From Octopus vulgaris (lineage: Eukaryota), in assembly GCA_951406725.2 (NCBI GenBank), contig OX597816.1:94860001-94924000 (forward strand): a DNA stretch of 64,000 bases. Direction: 5' to 3'. The translations under genes and the position numbers were made by a program. Below the pieces are notes generated by a model. The model had not been told where the DNA came from. It did not search any database and worked only from the letters and a program-made list of their open reading frames with translations. Positions 49,676-63,958 of this stretch are shown here, piece after piece. Numbering within the stretch: the stretch's first letter is position 1; the number at the start of each line of letters is the position of its first letter.

Positions 49676-52559
49676 AATTAAGCTAATAAACGAGATTCAT
49701 AGATACCTAAAGCTTTCCCCCAAAGCAACAAAGTACCTGGATGAAACAGTCACAGAACAAAAAGATCTAGTGTTAGAATGAGATAAGTTTTCCAGTTTAG
49801 AGCACTTAGTGCACGTTGTAAAGTGGTTAGTCTAAGGAAGAGGATCCAATTATAGAAATCATGCCAAAATGGAACACATGAGCAATATGTAGTTCCTAAT
49901 TTCTCTAAAAGGAAAGGAGCTTCAAATAATTGGCTTGAAGCATTACAACTCATTTATCCATGCCATGAGGGAAAATGTACATAAAAGTAATGATGATGAT
50001 AATGAGATTTTGCAACATAAATTCATGGAAACCAAAAATTTTTTAATTTCTCAAAATTAAAAAAATGCCTGGATCGATCAACAAAGAAAGGAACAGTAGT
50101 TTATATTTCAGAACAGGTAGTGTAATGACAAGTAGACAGCTAATGAAACATATCAAATGAATTACATTTATGGATGAATCATTGAGTTACCAAGATAGTT
50201 AAACCTAAGATTGTTACCAATCTGTATGTCAAATCCATTGAAAATTGTCATTTATTTAATCCATTTCAGATTTCTCAGGCAATTCTCATAAGAAAAGCAT
50301 TACATATAGCAAAGAAGTGGCAATGCAACAATTGCCACACTCTTTAATTATTCCCCTCAAAGTCGAGTAGATGACAGCTGCCTACTAAATTATTCAATTC
50401 AGTTCAATTTATTGTTACTGTATAGAAAGGTAATGATAAATCATATAACAGCTCAAGTTACAATAACAATACATATCAAGCATTAACATACAATAACATG
50501 CATACATACAATACTAAAATACTGTAATAATAATAATGACACAAAATAACATTATTACATTGAAGTATAAAAGAAGATATAAGAATGGGAATGATTTGGG
50601 GGCAGTTTCCATTACCAACTACAGCCATGTAGCAATTATCATATATTTTAGTGCCAGTTGATGAGCATCTCTGAATAAAAGTTACTAAGTTTGGAATTGA
50701 ATTGCTGATTTTATCAAGGATTCATTTTCAAATAGAATATACATTAAAATGAGAAATAAAGATAATTTTTATGGTGCAAACGGTAAAGAGTAGTATCAGT
50801 TACACTATAGAAAATAAAATTAGGATAATATAGGTAAAATTTGAAATCTGCAAATCATGAGCTGGGTCTGTTCTGCTGGACTTATAAAGTAAATCTGACA
50901 TTCAAGGGGAGCGGGGGAGAGAAATGTAGTGTATTAGACATGCTAATTGCTGTTTATGATATGATCAATGACACAAGCTGAATATAAATAGGCAAGCTGA
51001 TAACAGCAAGACAAATGAAACATGTGGAGCAATCAAATAACTCCAACGGTTTTCAAGAGAACTGAAGACTAAACAAAGACAGTTGGACAGATGAAATACA
51101 GTAGACTGATGCAACCGATGAAAGAGGCATAAAATGATGATTAACATTGCTCATTAATTCGCTAATGAATAAGCTATTTTAACTCTACTTGTAAATTAAG
51201 AGAAGGAGAAATAGCCAAGCTCAGAATGTTTCAAAGTATTTAGTTTATTCTACCAAGTTCTCTGCTCAAATTTTACAAGTATCAACTTTGCCTTTAATTT
51301 CCCTAGTGTTGATAAAAGGAAGGATGTAATTGATAAATTATATTCCTTCCCTAAGAGCAATGACTTCAACCCAAGTAAAAAGAAACCAATATTAGATTGT
51401 AATTTTCTAAAAACTAATGAAAACCACACTAAATGTGCATAGTTATTTAATAAAAGTGTTGTAGTAATCTCATTAGAGAAGAAATTTTGTAAGGACACAA
51501 AAGAATACATCCGCAATTTGTTACTATGTAATACAAAATAACCTATTTGTTTATATTCTTGAAAAAAAAAAAAAATCAATGAATGAGTTGATGAAATAAG
51601 TTTGTCTGAAACATTCCTGCAATGCAATCATGTGCAGAAATATAAAATCAATGTGATAGAATGTTTGGTTAATTTAATAAATTGATAAAAGGCATGACAT
51701 TTTGGTGAACCTTTAGTAGCTGAAATGTACTCATATATGAAAGACTCATGAATGTTGATCAACCATGAAGAAGCCATTTTTAATTAGCCTTCCCTTTTGT
51801 TGAAATGTATAGCAGTAGCTTGGAGGAATAATTATCACTGAAGCAAATTACAATTTTAAAAGGAAATAAAATCTATCTTGTTCCTTAACTTAATTCCACT
51901 TATATCAAGAATCTACTAACATATTAGAACGGAAATTACTAGATTCTGCTTTCCATATGAGGACACACTTCATTCTGGCCAGTCCTGAAAAATTTATTGT
52001 GTTCAACAATGCAGTGGGAATCTAGCAATCAGTTATTGTTTCAATTTCCCAGTAATTATTTATCACATGTGCAAGATAGCCACAACAGCCTTTATGAATC
52101 AAAGTAGTTTCTGTGTAATTGCTGAATCCACTAAAAACAAAAGCAAGAAAAAAAGAAAAGAATGCATTGGAAAATGTAGTCCTAGATATACAAAATATGG
52201 GATGGTCATGGCTGAAATGCTTTTGATCATAAAACTTGAGGAAGGATGAAAAGAAGCTAAACAATACTCCATAGCAACACTTTCCTACCTGGAGTGTTTA
52301 ATCTTTTTCTAATGCCTCTCAGGTGTCCACAAAGGCAACTTCCCATAAAAAATATTTGTAGAAATTGACTGACACATTTTCCCAACCTAGTAAAACATAC
52401 TCAGAGTAAGTTCTAGCATTTGTGTATTTTTTTTTAAATAGAATACTGCATGATGGAATTAGTCATTAAAATTTGAATTAGAAGTTTCTATCTGTAGCAA
52501 GCTCCAAATTAAGGCCCACCATTAACTTTCTCTTATCTGTTCTAATATTACAATCTAGA

Positions 52560-53060
52560 CAACCTAAAAGACTCTATGTTTTAATTGTAGTCTATATGAT
52601 TTTTAAAGATATTCAGTCAGCTGAAGAGCACCCATGATCCTTGCAAGTCTTCCTTGCTGAAGATTAATGCAGCTGATGTTCAGCTTAAACTTCTGAAGGC
52701 CAAGACCTGCAGGAAAAAACTTAGACAAGGATAGATTCCAGAGGATTAATATCTCTAAAGTATGAGACATATGAGGATGACAAGATGATAAAAGATAATT
52801 ACACTGGGTAAACTTAATAGAAAGTACTATACAGTTTGCTAAGTCAACAGATCAGAGCCATCACTGAAATGTTAGCTTAGGGAGAAGAAATAGCACACTG
52901 TGAGCCATTGGTTTGTAGTAACAAGACAAAGCTGCTGGCTTCAGGGAAAAATCCTCTTTCTATTAACCTATAGATATTTATATTTAACCCTGGATACTTA
53001 CTTCATTAATGTGCGAAAGGCTGACGAGTTTATTGTTGCTGCTCTCTCCTCCAGTGACTA
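52560..53060 (-). mobile_element. 3' relic of a CR1-type LINE
   Basis: gagccattggtttgtag, gatagattccagag and ctgaaggccaag segments resemble the other CR1-type relics. Confidence 0.45.
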
Positions 53061-53289
53061 AAAGATTAGAATAAAAAATTAGATGTTGTAAGAGATTACA
53101 CAGGACATTTATTACACTGAAAATATTTGAAGCTAAAAATGTCTATTAGTTATGTGCATATCCTGTCATTTTAAAAGAGATATTTACCAGCTGAAGTAAT
53201 CCTGGATATAATAGGGTAGAAAAGAAAATGAGATGGTCATGGTTTGACTGCTGGTGAACATATATAAATATATATATATATATAGAGTC

Positions 53290-54988
53290 AGGGATCTGTC
53301 ATAAGGTAAAAGTTGGCAATGAGTATAGCAATGAATTTAGTGTGCATGTAGGAGTTCACCAAGAATAGGTTCTCAGTCCCCTCTTGTTTATCATAATCCT
53401 CCAGGCCATAACAGAGAAATTTCAGGCATGGAAGCAAGGTCCAGTATCAAAGTGCTTTAGAATTAATTTAGCAGTGATTGATGTACTAGTAGTAGGAAGG
53501 CAAAAAGATTACTAAACCCTTCAGGGAGATGGCCCTTGTTGATATGTAGAAAAGGTGTAGGTAGAAATTTCATACAGTGTACTCAGTGCAAGCTATGGGC
53601 ACATAAGATGTGCAGCAGTATCACAATAAGGTTAACAGAGAAAGTATTCTTTGAGTGTGGCAGATGTGCAGATACAATAAATACTAAGCATGAACAGGAT
53701 ATAGACTTCCCCAAATGTCTCGGGATATTCTTAGAAGTAAATAGTTTCTGTTACCTGGGTGACCAAGTTAGCAGTGGAAGAGGATGCTCTGAAAGCATAG
53801 TTGCTAGAATAAGAACAGAAGAGCTATTAATTTTGTTGGCCTCTCCCTCAGAGTGAAAGGCAGACTATGATGCCTGTGTATGAACAGCTATGCTATGTGG
53901 CAATGAAATGGGTTGTGACTGCAGAGGACTTGCAAAGGCTTGAAAGAAATGAAACTAACATACTCCACATGATGTGTAATGTCAGCATGCATATAAGACA
54001 AAGCATAAATGTTTTAAGAGAAAAATTGGGTATGAGAGGCATCAGATGTAGTGTGCAAGAGAGAAAACTATGCTGAGATGGTCATGTAATGTGTATGGAT
54101 GAGGACAGCCACATAAAGAAATGCTAGTCTTTCTAACTGTAGAGGGAACCTGTGGAAGAGATAGACCCAGGAAGATGTTGAACCTCACAAAGATGACAAG
54201 AGATCAGGACATCTGGCAATTTCCTGTGCTTGAGAAGACATCAAGCCAAGTAAAATTGTGGCTATACATACATGCATATACTTTACAAACATACCCCACC
54301 CCCCACAATCAGTCCCTTATCAAAACTCCTACCCTCTCCCACCTATGCTCGCCACCCACTGCAGAACCCTCCACTCTCCCTCACATGCCTACTTGCAGAC
54401 ACTCCATGCTCTCACATATTTACCATAGTTGCCCCTCCCACTCGCTCTAATTTCTCTCACCATCACTTACTACAGTCATTTCTTCCTCACCTCTAAATAT
54501 TTCTCCTCACACTCTTAAGAAACACCCTCTCTATCCCTCCATATCACTTATATTCACTCCTAATGTACCTTGTGGGTATGTCCCAGTGCATTTCCAACAC
54601 CATCTATTTTTCTCTCTCTCTCACTGTCTGTTTCTCTATCTTTCTCTCTATCTCTTCCTGCATTTTCCTACTGGGGTAGCCAAGTATTTCCTCTATAGTA
54701 GGGCACCTTTCTCTATCCCTGTTATACTTTAACATCTCAACCAGCTTACAGCCACCTCTCCCATCCAAAGGGTCCTTGTCTTGCAAGTTACTTGGCGGCC
54801 CCACTGGTGCTGATATAACATAAAAAGCACCCTGTAAAGGGGTTGGTATTAGGACAGGTATCCAGCCATAGAAACCATGCCAAAGCAGACATTAGAGCTT
54901 GCTGCAGTTCCCTGGTTTGCTAACCTCTGTCAAACCATCCAACCCATGCTAGTATGGAAGACAGATGTTAAATGATGATGTGGATGAT
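53290..54988 (+). mobile_element. Old RTE copy: RT 3' part + pyrimidine-rich 3'UTR + tail
   Basis: ORF pieces [34 protein letters not shown] and VEGTCGRDRPRK; tail ends gttaaatgatgatg. Confidence 0.88.
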
Positions 54989-55949
54989 ATATATATATAT
55001 ATATATATCAATATGGGAAAACACTGTCAGAGAAAAGCAACTGTCTGCAAAATGAGCTCTAAGAACCCTATAAATATAAGTGCCTCACCAATTTTACAAA
55101 ATACTCAGAAACAAAAAGAACATTCACAGAAACATCAGATAGCTATGATTTTATAATCAATAACATCATCAACAAGAACAGAAACAATAAAGCCTAGAAT
55201 ACCATTGTTATCTCCTTTCTGGGGCCACAGGGTCACATACAGCATATTTTTACAATAAAACAACAACTGTATTGCAAACACTCTATAGGACTAACGAAGT
55301 TCATCATAATGACATTGATATAGTAATAATCCAAGAAACACTCGTTATATCCAAATATATTGCTTCATTTACATAATTAATTTAAGCAAGTTTTCATTAA
55401 TCTTAACAAGAAAGGCATGAAGACACAATTTTATTTACTATCTCTTCTAAATTTGAGTTCTCACATCATCATAAAACTTAATGTCTCTTTATTTCCTGAT
55501 TGAAATGGCTATGGTTGGCTGAAGTTTAAATATAACTGATATTTAAACCGGTTGTTATTCCAGTTTAGGTGTGGTGATATTTTCTTTAATATGTATACCT
55601 AGATCAATTAATTTATGATAAAAAAAGAAAAACACCATCACAAAGCATATCTGTATGAAATATAATCAAGAAAATAAAAGAATCTGGCTCCATCTGCATA
55701 TATAATTCTACTTTCCTAAACAAACTTGTTCTTCTTATTCACTTCATATTTTGCAAGTGAATTAGTAACATTTTCTCAAATACATCTTTGAACTGAGTGA
55801 AATGTTACAACTGAGAACTGAAAGACAGTGTCACAGTTTATTACAACAAATTTTCCTAATTAGGCATGAAGCATTAGTTAGCCACTACCAATAATAATTT
55901 ATATAAAGATAAAACAGGAAAAAGGATGATGATGCTTGGGATTGATGCC

Positions 55950-56630
55950 TTAAGAGGTATATGAACCTTAAGAATCTTCTGGTCCAGAGAACACGGTGTC
56001 ATCATCCCACTTTTCTCCTCCTTTGTACAGCCACACCTCGAATACTGCTGCTCCATGTGGTTTCCCCATACAAAACAAAACATTTCGAAAAGTGAATCAC
56101 CTCAGAGAGCACTCACTAAATGAATTGAAGGCATGACTAATCTCGATTACTGGGACCACCTTAAAGCCTTGAAACTCTACTCTCTCCAGCGCCGCTATGA
56201 GCGGTACATCATTTGTATGATGTGGAGAATATATCACCAGCATTGCCAAATGACCTGAACATTAGTTTCAAGGTTCATCCAAGGCTGGAACTGCGGGCCA
56301 TACATCCCCTGCCCAATTCAGGATCATAACATATAGGTACACTGTGACAATTTCTTTTCCTCAACAGGCTCTGCCCTGTTTAACATTGTACCAAAACTGA
56401 TCAAAGAGGAAAAGGATCTCATCACCTTTAAATGGAGTCTGGATAGATTTCTTCAAGGAATACCAGACAAGCCACCCATACCTGGATACAACTCACTCAA
56501 CAAGAACTCACTACTTGAAAGGACCATAAACAAAACTTGACTTGAAAGGGATTTAGATAATCCTATCAGGTGGTGCTATTAAGTTAGATGTGGCCTGGAC
56601 CAATCTTTGGCCGAAACATATCTAAGTTTT
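55950..56630 (+). mobile_element. CR1-clade LINE 3' end
   Basis: SFVQPHLEYCCSMW, DYWDHLKALKLYSLQRRYERYII and LDRFLQGIPDKP, typical of CR1 ORF2 C-termini. Confidence 0.82.
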
Positions 56631-57329
56631 ATGAGACAAAGAAGCACAACCAAAGTGAAAACAGTATGAGAAAAAGTTTATGTACTTAGGTTTTCTGCTT
56701 TTAAATTGGATTGTAAAATGCTAAGATTGATAGAATCTTTTCACAAAATTACATTTAAAAGTTGCAGTAATAACTATTTGACATATCTTAAGATCAGTCA
56801 AGAAGGCAATATCTAAATGTCCAAATTTTCAGCTCTTCCAACAATATAAACAATGCAGTAATTATAAAAATAAACTTAGATAAAAAAAAAAGAATCAAGA
56901 AAGCAATATTCTCTATTAATTACAGAAAATTATGCACCCTTGAAATTAAAAAAATGTAGTCTGTACACCTATTGGTCTAAAATGAGTGTATATATACATT
57001 TGCTTTTAAAACACACATTAGGTGATCCAATCATATTAAACACTGTCTTTTGAGATATCCTTTTAATGGGCTTGGCTTTTAAAAAGTGTACATGTAAGTG
57101 AATCATAGAAAATGTGTGTGTGTGTGTGTGCATGCGCTAGCAGTAATATACATAATCATGAGCGACTACTGGTCTTCCATAAAGAACCTTGCCTGGATTT
57201 GTGCCTCAGAGGGTAACTTTCTAGTTGCAATCCCCTTCATGACTGAAAGGGGTCCTTCTATAGTTAATGATGTGATGATTCTCCATCAGACAGAGACCGT
57301 ATCACACTAGCTCATTATATGTTGGAAGA

Positions 57330-57480
57330 GATTGCCAGTTGATTAAATCAACTGCAGTACTTGACTAGTACTTTATCAATCCAACAGGATGAAAGGCAAA
57401 GTTGACCTTGGCTGGATTTGAACAAGAACATATACAATTTATTTTGTTCAATACTCTTGAGATTCTGCATTCTGCCAATC
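57330..57480 (-). mobile_element. Degenerate Meta-like SINE
   Basis: ggatgaaaggcaaagttgaccttggctggatttgaac. Confidence 0.65.
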
Positions 57481-57812
57481 CATTACTATCCAACCCAATT
57501 AACAAACAATACACACAGAGGAAGTTGTGGGGAAAATGCACACCCTATCAAATTATCTATCAAATTATCTAAAGTAATTAAAACAAAAACTATCCAACTC
57601 AAGTCGGATAGAAAATGGATGTTCAAAGATAATGATATGACCATGAGAGTCACTGACATATAGATCAATATTTAATTTATGAAGATGCAATGCAAAAAAA
57701 AAGAAAAAATGAGTAGTACAAAAGGAGAGAAACAGGAAAGAATGGTGTATGAAAATAAGGAAAAAAGTAAAAAGAAATCAGTTATTTCTCTGTCAGCTTA
57801 AGTAGAACTTGT

Positions 57813-57849
<37 letters not shown>

Positions 57850-58276
57850 CGAGAGAGCAGTTATAAAGAGATGATTGGGTCAATAATATCAGAAAAAACT
57901 GATTGAACTATCTTTTTAAAACTAATAACTATTGCAATAAATAAATATATTTTTTTACACATAAGTAAGTCTCATAGGGAAAGGATTGTTCAGTTACTCA
58001 TGCATCCCTCAGGACATTTTATGAACTGGGTGAAATATTTCGGCTGGGAGCAAAAACAATGTCACTATCTCTTTGTATTTAGAAATTACTATGATGCACC
58101 ATAACAACCATTACCACAACTACAAGCGAAACATTAGCATAGGAAGAAACAAGGTCGTGTGACATTCATGTCTTTATTAGAGATATAGATATGTCATTAA
58201 TGTTATTAATAAAGGACTTTTGTAACTACGTAGATGTGCCAATCAAATGAATCTCAATATATTATTGGTACTTATA

Positions 58277-58490
58277 AGGAGGTGAGCTGGTAGAATTGTT
58301 AGTACACCAGGCAAAATACTTAGTAGCATTTTGTCCATCTTGATGTCCAGAGGTCTAATTCTGCAGAGGTCAACTTTGCCTTCCATTCTTTAGGGGTCAA
58401 TAAAGTAAGTACCATTTGTATACTGGGTGGATGTTCTTGACTTTATCCACTCTCCTGAAATTGCTGGCTTTGTGCCCTAATTTGAAAATA
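58277..58490 (+). mobile_element. Meta-like SINE copy
   Basis: aggaggtgagctggtagaattgttag...gtcaactttgccttccattctttaggggtcaataaagtaagtacc. A degenerate opposite-strand copy lies at ~58690-58870. Confidence 0.78.
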
Positions 58491-59912
58491 ATATGTTGGT
58501 ACTTATTCAATTTACATGTCCCCTCCTATACACACAATGAATCAAGATGAAAGACAAAGCATTCTCAATGGGATTCAAAATAATATTGGCATTAAATATG
58601 ATAAATTGCAGTGTTCTAGTATTTTCACCAACTCCCAGCTTCTCCTTAATAACAATAATGATTTTTGACATAAGCATATATAAATTGATATAAATGTTGT
58701 GGGGTGATATAGTTGATTCCATTGATTCTAATATTTTATCTTATTGTTCCACCCCAGCCAGAAAGATGAAAGGTAGAATTATCTTGGGCAAGGATTTGAA
58801 CACAGAATGTAAAAAATAATTAAATATCCCAAACAATTTTGTGTGCTGCTCCACCAATTTTTCCAATCCACTGCATAAATAATAAAAATGATAATAATGA
58901 CAACAACAGAAGGAGGAGGAGGAGGCTGGTTGGAGGTTAGGTGGGATGGAGAGAAAGCGAGAAGGGTGTGGCTGTTCAGAGAAGTGTTTGAGCCATTGAA
59001 AAATAAAAGCAATGTTAACCATAGTAGGCTTAGGACCAAGAGTGCAATTAAATACTGTTATGTATTTTGCCTGATGATCTACCAATTCTGTTATCCAAAT
59101 AATGCGTAATTATAAGTCAATTTACAGAGCTATGTAACAGCTAATAATTAGTTCTAAGTTGCATTAGTTTTTGTTTTTTGCCTTGATTTTCACTCTTGTT
59201 AGGAATATACATTTATATACACAATACATTATTAATATACATTTAGAAAGGAATGAGCATCCAGTTTTCCTTCTCTATTAATTCAGCATATTATGTCTAA
59301 TAAAAATGCTGTGTTCATGGTTGTGAGGCAGTGGGTAATGATTGTGATAGTTGTGAGGTGAGGATAATGATTTTGTTAGTTGTGAGGTGGATGTACAGGT
59401 TGTAGTGGCACATCAACTCCAGTAATTCTTTAATCAACTGGTGTCTATTCTATTGACCAGGCAGCGAAAGTAGGTGATGGTGGAGCGAATGATTGTGGTA
59501 GAAAAAGTTGTGGTGGTGATAGCGATACTGGTAATGCCAGCACTGAGGTAGTGTTTACTACATACTGACGTAGTGGTTTCAATATCAGAATGAAAATAAT
59601 GGTTGGCAATATTAGTTACATTTGTTAGGAGTTATAATACTTTTTCATTTTGATTCAGATCAGTAAATAATGAAATATCAAAGAAATAACAAAGACACAC
59701 TACCATGAAAGACAGAAGGACAAACAAAAGTAATACAACAACAAAACTAAACAGGAACCAAGATCATTAAAAATATTAAAAAAAAAACCTAATCATGCAG
59801 AAATGTTTATTCAGTGTGATTTAGTGTCAGGATGACTATACACAAAGATGTCCGCATATCATACAAAACACATACACAAGTACTGTGTGTGTGTGTGTGT
59901 GTATATATATAT

Positions 59913-60260
59913 AGGCACACGAGTCACTGTGTGGCAAGAAGCTTGCTTCCCAACCACATGGTTCCAGGTTCAGTACTATTGCATGGCACCTTGGGCAAGT
60001 GTCTTCTACTATAGCCTCAGGTCGACCAAAGCCTTGGGAGATTGGAAACTGAAAGAAGCCTGTATGTATTTGTGTGTTTGTTAGTCCCCCCCAACATCGC
60101 TTAACAACCGATGTTGGTGTGTTTATGTCCCCGTAACTTAGTTTGGCAAAAGAGACTGATAGAATAAGTATGAGGCTTACAAAGAATAAGTACTGGGGTT
60201 GATTTGTTTGACTGAAGTCGGTGCTTCAGTATGGCGACAATCAAATGACAAGTAAAAGAA
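59913..60260 (+). mobile_element. CORE-like tRNA SINE
   Basis: ctgtgtggcaagaagcttgcttcccaaccacatggttccaggttcag..ggcaccttgggcaagtgtcttctac. Confidence 0.85.
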
Positions 60261-60714
60261 TATATAATTGTTATCATCATCATCAACGTTTTAATGTACA
60301 CATCTTCATGCTTGCATAGGTCAGGGAGAATTTGTTAAAGCGGGTTTTTATGGCTCAATACACTTCCTGCTGTCAAGCCTCATTATATTCAAACAAGGTA
60401 ATATTTCCCTTTGACCAGACATATTTTCAACAGAAGATTGGAAATCAACAATATCGCTAGTATGACGATTTTTTACTATCATCATGTGATGTCAAAAGTA
60501 GGGCATACAAAGACATGCATATACACATGATGGGCTTCTTCCAGATTATATCTAACAAATCCCCTCATAAGACTTTGGTTAACCCAGGACTATAGCAGAA
60601 ACCCCTTGCTCATAGTGCTGCATAGTGTGACTGAATACAAACCCACATGGTTAGGAAGTAAGCTTCTTTAATAAACAGCTATGTATGAGCCTATTCTATA
60701 TGCAAACACACACA

Positions 60715-60754
<40 letters not shown>

Positions 60755-60914
60755 CACACACACACACACATACAATAGTACCTCGGTTTTCCGACAACTC
60801 TGATCATGAATAAATTGTGCTTTATATATATAGATATATATAGCATGATTTATTTGTGATCAGAGTTTTCTCAAAAATCAAGGTATTACTGTATATATAT
60901 ACACGCACACACAC

Positions 60915-61147
60915 ACACACCAGCATTGGTTGTCAAGTAATGGTGAGAGGACAAACACTGACACACACAAAACACATATATACTATATATACGACGGGGT
61001 TCTTCCAGTTTCCATCTACCAAATCCACTCATAAGGCTTTGGTTGGCCTGAGGCTATAGCAGAAGCCACTTGCCCAAGGTGCAACGCAGTGGGATTGAAC
61101 CTGGAACCATGTGGTTAGGAAGCAAGCTTCTTACCACTCAGCCATGT
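60915..61147 (-). mobile_element. CORE-like tRNA SINE
   Basis: Reverse complement of the 59913 family; a more decayed copy lies at ~60530-60680. Confidence 0.8.
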
Positions 61148-62068
61148 CAGATATATACACACAAATACACACGCACATGTATATATGTGTATGTGTTTGT
61201 AAATTTTTATATGTGTATGAATTTTTATATATTTATAAATTTTCGTGTATATGTATTTATAAACTCTTAGAAAATTTTTATATATCTTATAGATGACTGC
61301 ATCTATGTATGTACTTTGTATACCATGGAGAATTTTGTTAATATGGATTGAATGAATATATACATCGACCTTTGAATTTGTTTTCTTCTCTCCTTAATTT
61401 ATATATATATATATATATACATACATACACACACACCCATGCTAGCATGGAAAGCAGACGTTAAGCGATGATGATAACACATACATACATACACAAAAAC
61501 ATATACACAAAAAAAGTATACAATTATGAAAAAAGAATACACGCATAATACTAATATATTTTTATCAAAAAAATTAAAAGTTACCATTAAAATATTATAG
61601 TTATTCATGATAAATGTATTATTATGATTAATGACACTGAAAATATCAAAAATGAGATTAACTTTTAATGTTTTTGATAAGAATAAATGAGTATTGCACA
61701 TGTTTTTTTTTTTCATAATTGTATACCTACTTTTGCACCCCACTGTGTTTTATTATATATTTTATAATAAGAGATTATATGTACATACATACATGCACAC
61801 AAATCATATAAATCTTCTCTTGGAAAAAGACACACCCTTTTATTACACAAAATTCTCAAACTAATCTGACTTCTATTCTGGTGAATTATTTGTGAACTGA
61901 GGAAATGTAGAATCATGTGTTTTGCCTATAAAGATAAAATGTTCGTGATTTTGAGCCCAAAGTAATTCTATACACACATATATACTTAGCCATCCAGTCA
62001 ATCATATTCACAATTATATGCTAAAATATATGAATACAAATTGACACAAATCTAAGATTTTGTGTGTG

Positions 62069-62111
<43 letters not shown>

Positions 62112-62131
62112 CTCTACTTGTTTTTTTCTGT

Positions 62132-62173
62132 GTCTCTTTCTGTAGAAGAGCGTAGGCTCAAAACGTAAAAGAC
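62132..62173 (+). ncRNA. Degenerate hammerhead-like motif
   Basis: CUUU-CUGUAGA-A-GAGC(GUAG)GCUC-AAAA-CG-UA-AAAG; two core substitutions. Confidence 0.4.
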
Positions 62174-63609
62174 TTTTTCTATTCCTGGGCATTATAGTAA
62201 TACATCTGTTTGTTTTGTACACCACCTGTCTTCGTCTTTTGTTTTTTTCGTGAACTCTCCCTATATATATATATATAAAGAGAGAAAGAGAGAGAGAGAC
62301 ATTTATAAATACATATTTGCACATGCATCTGCACTTATATACATAGATACATATACGTGCAAGTTTGGACCCACATATAGGCAATGCATAAACACCTGTG
62401 TATGTTTTTAAAATAGAAGAACGACATTTTAGTGGGAATTGGTTACTATTTCTAAGAGATTGGGTGACAAGTTAGAGGATTCTTCCCAGTCTTTTTGTCA
62501 ACCAGCTAAATACCAAACATTTATTCAACCTGGACTAACCTGGGGTTACACAACACCAGCAAACTATCGATATGTAGTTTCTCACGTTAAAGTGAGTGTT
62601 GACATAGACTAAACAAGTGTGTCAACATATTCTTATAAAATCAGGAAACCACATCATGATAGTGTGTATGTCTGTGGGTGTGTTATGTGTAGAACGTCAG
62701 GTAAATGTGTGTGTGTGTTTCGTAGTGTACACATATCTATGTCTAAGGATATGTGCATCTGTGGATGGTATTAGTAGTATTTGTGCATTAAAGGACACTG
62801 TGTAGGAGAAAGTGTGTGTGTGTGTGTGCGTGTGGGCGCGCATGTGGAATAATATTGACAATATATGTATGGACAATATTGGTAGCACTTGTGTGATTAT
62901 GGATCGTGTTGCTAGTGTACATGGATGTATAAAAACGATATTGGAAGTGGAGATGATACTGAATGTCAGTGCTGTTATTGATCTGATTTAGCTCCAGATC
63001 AGCTTTGATTGAACAGCCCTATGGTCAGCGGTTTCAACCTACGACCACCTCGTCTTTTCAGAAGTATATCTAAGAAAACATACATTATCCAGTATGTCAT
63101 TTAGCATTCCTACGAGAGTCAAGTGTGGCTTGAGTGACATTTGGTTGCTATTTCTCGTCGATCGATAATGGATATGTATATGGAGAGTATTGGTAATGGA
63201 TAATAGAGATCGTCTATGTGTGTATACACACACACTCACACACATATATGTTCGTACGTATATAAAACATGCCAGTATGTTAGTGTGTGTGTGTTGATAC
63301 GTAAATAGATTCAAGCGTGTGTGATTCAGAATTTGTGTCAGTGCGTTTACAGATTATTTTGTATATTAAGTGCCGGAATTGAAAACTATGTCAACGAATG
63401 AATATTTACCGAAATTGACCAGTGAATTGCATTACAATACAGAAAAAGCAACTTATTATTTTTTTAATGTCACTGGAACATTAAATAAAAATGGAAATTT
63501 ATCAAAATTTGTATAATCTTTTGCCTAGAAAGATTTTAATTCGCGCAGTTGATAATCCGCGTCTGTGAGTGTGAATGACACTTGTTAGAATATACATAGA
63601 CATATCTAT

Positions 63610-63652
<43 letters not shown>

Positions 63653-63684
63653 CACACACATGTATATGTGTGTATGTATATGTC

Positions 63685-63749
<65 letters not shown>

Positions 63750-63895
63750 AGCACTAATTTAGATAATTATTTATTTAGATGAAAGCACTAAATAATCATC
63801 CAAAATTCTAACACATTTTCTCAAAATATAAAATCTGTACACCACTTTAAACAATCTAATGATAATATATATATGTGACAATTAGTTGGTTGTCA

Positions 63896-63958
63896 TAATA
63901 AAACTCAGAGTTTCGGATACAGGGCCTGCAGTATGCTCCGGCATCTCATCAGTTATTA
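63896..63958 (-). ncRNA. Penelope-type minimal type I hammerhead ribozyme motif
   Basis: The minus strand reads UAAUAA-CUGAUGA-GAUGC..GUAUC(C)-GAAA-CUCUGAG-UU-UUAUUA. This gives a 6-bp stem I, a complete core, a palindromic stem III and a GUU triplet. Confidence 0.7.
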
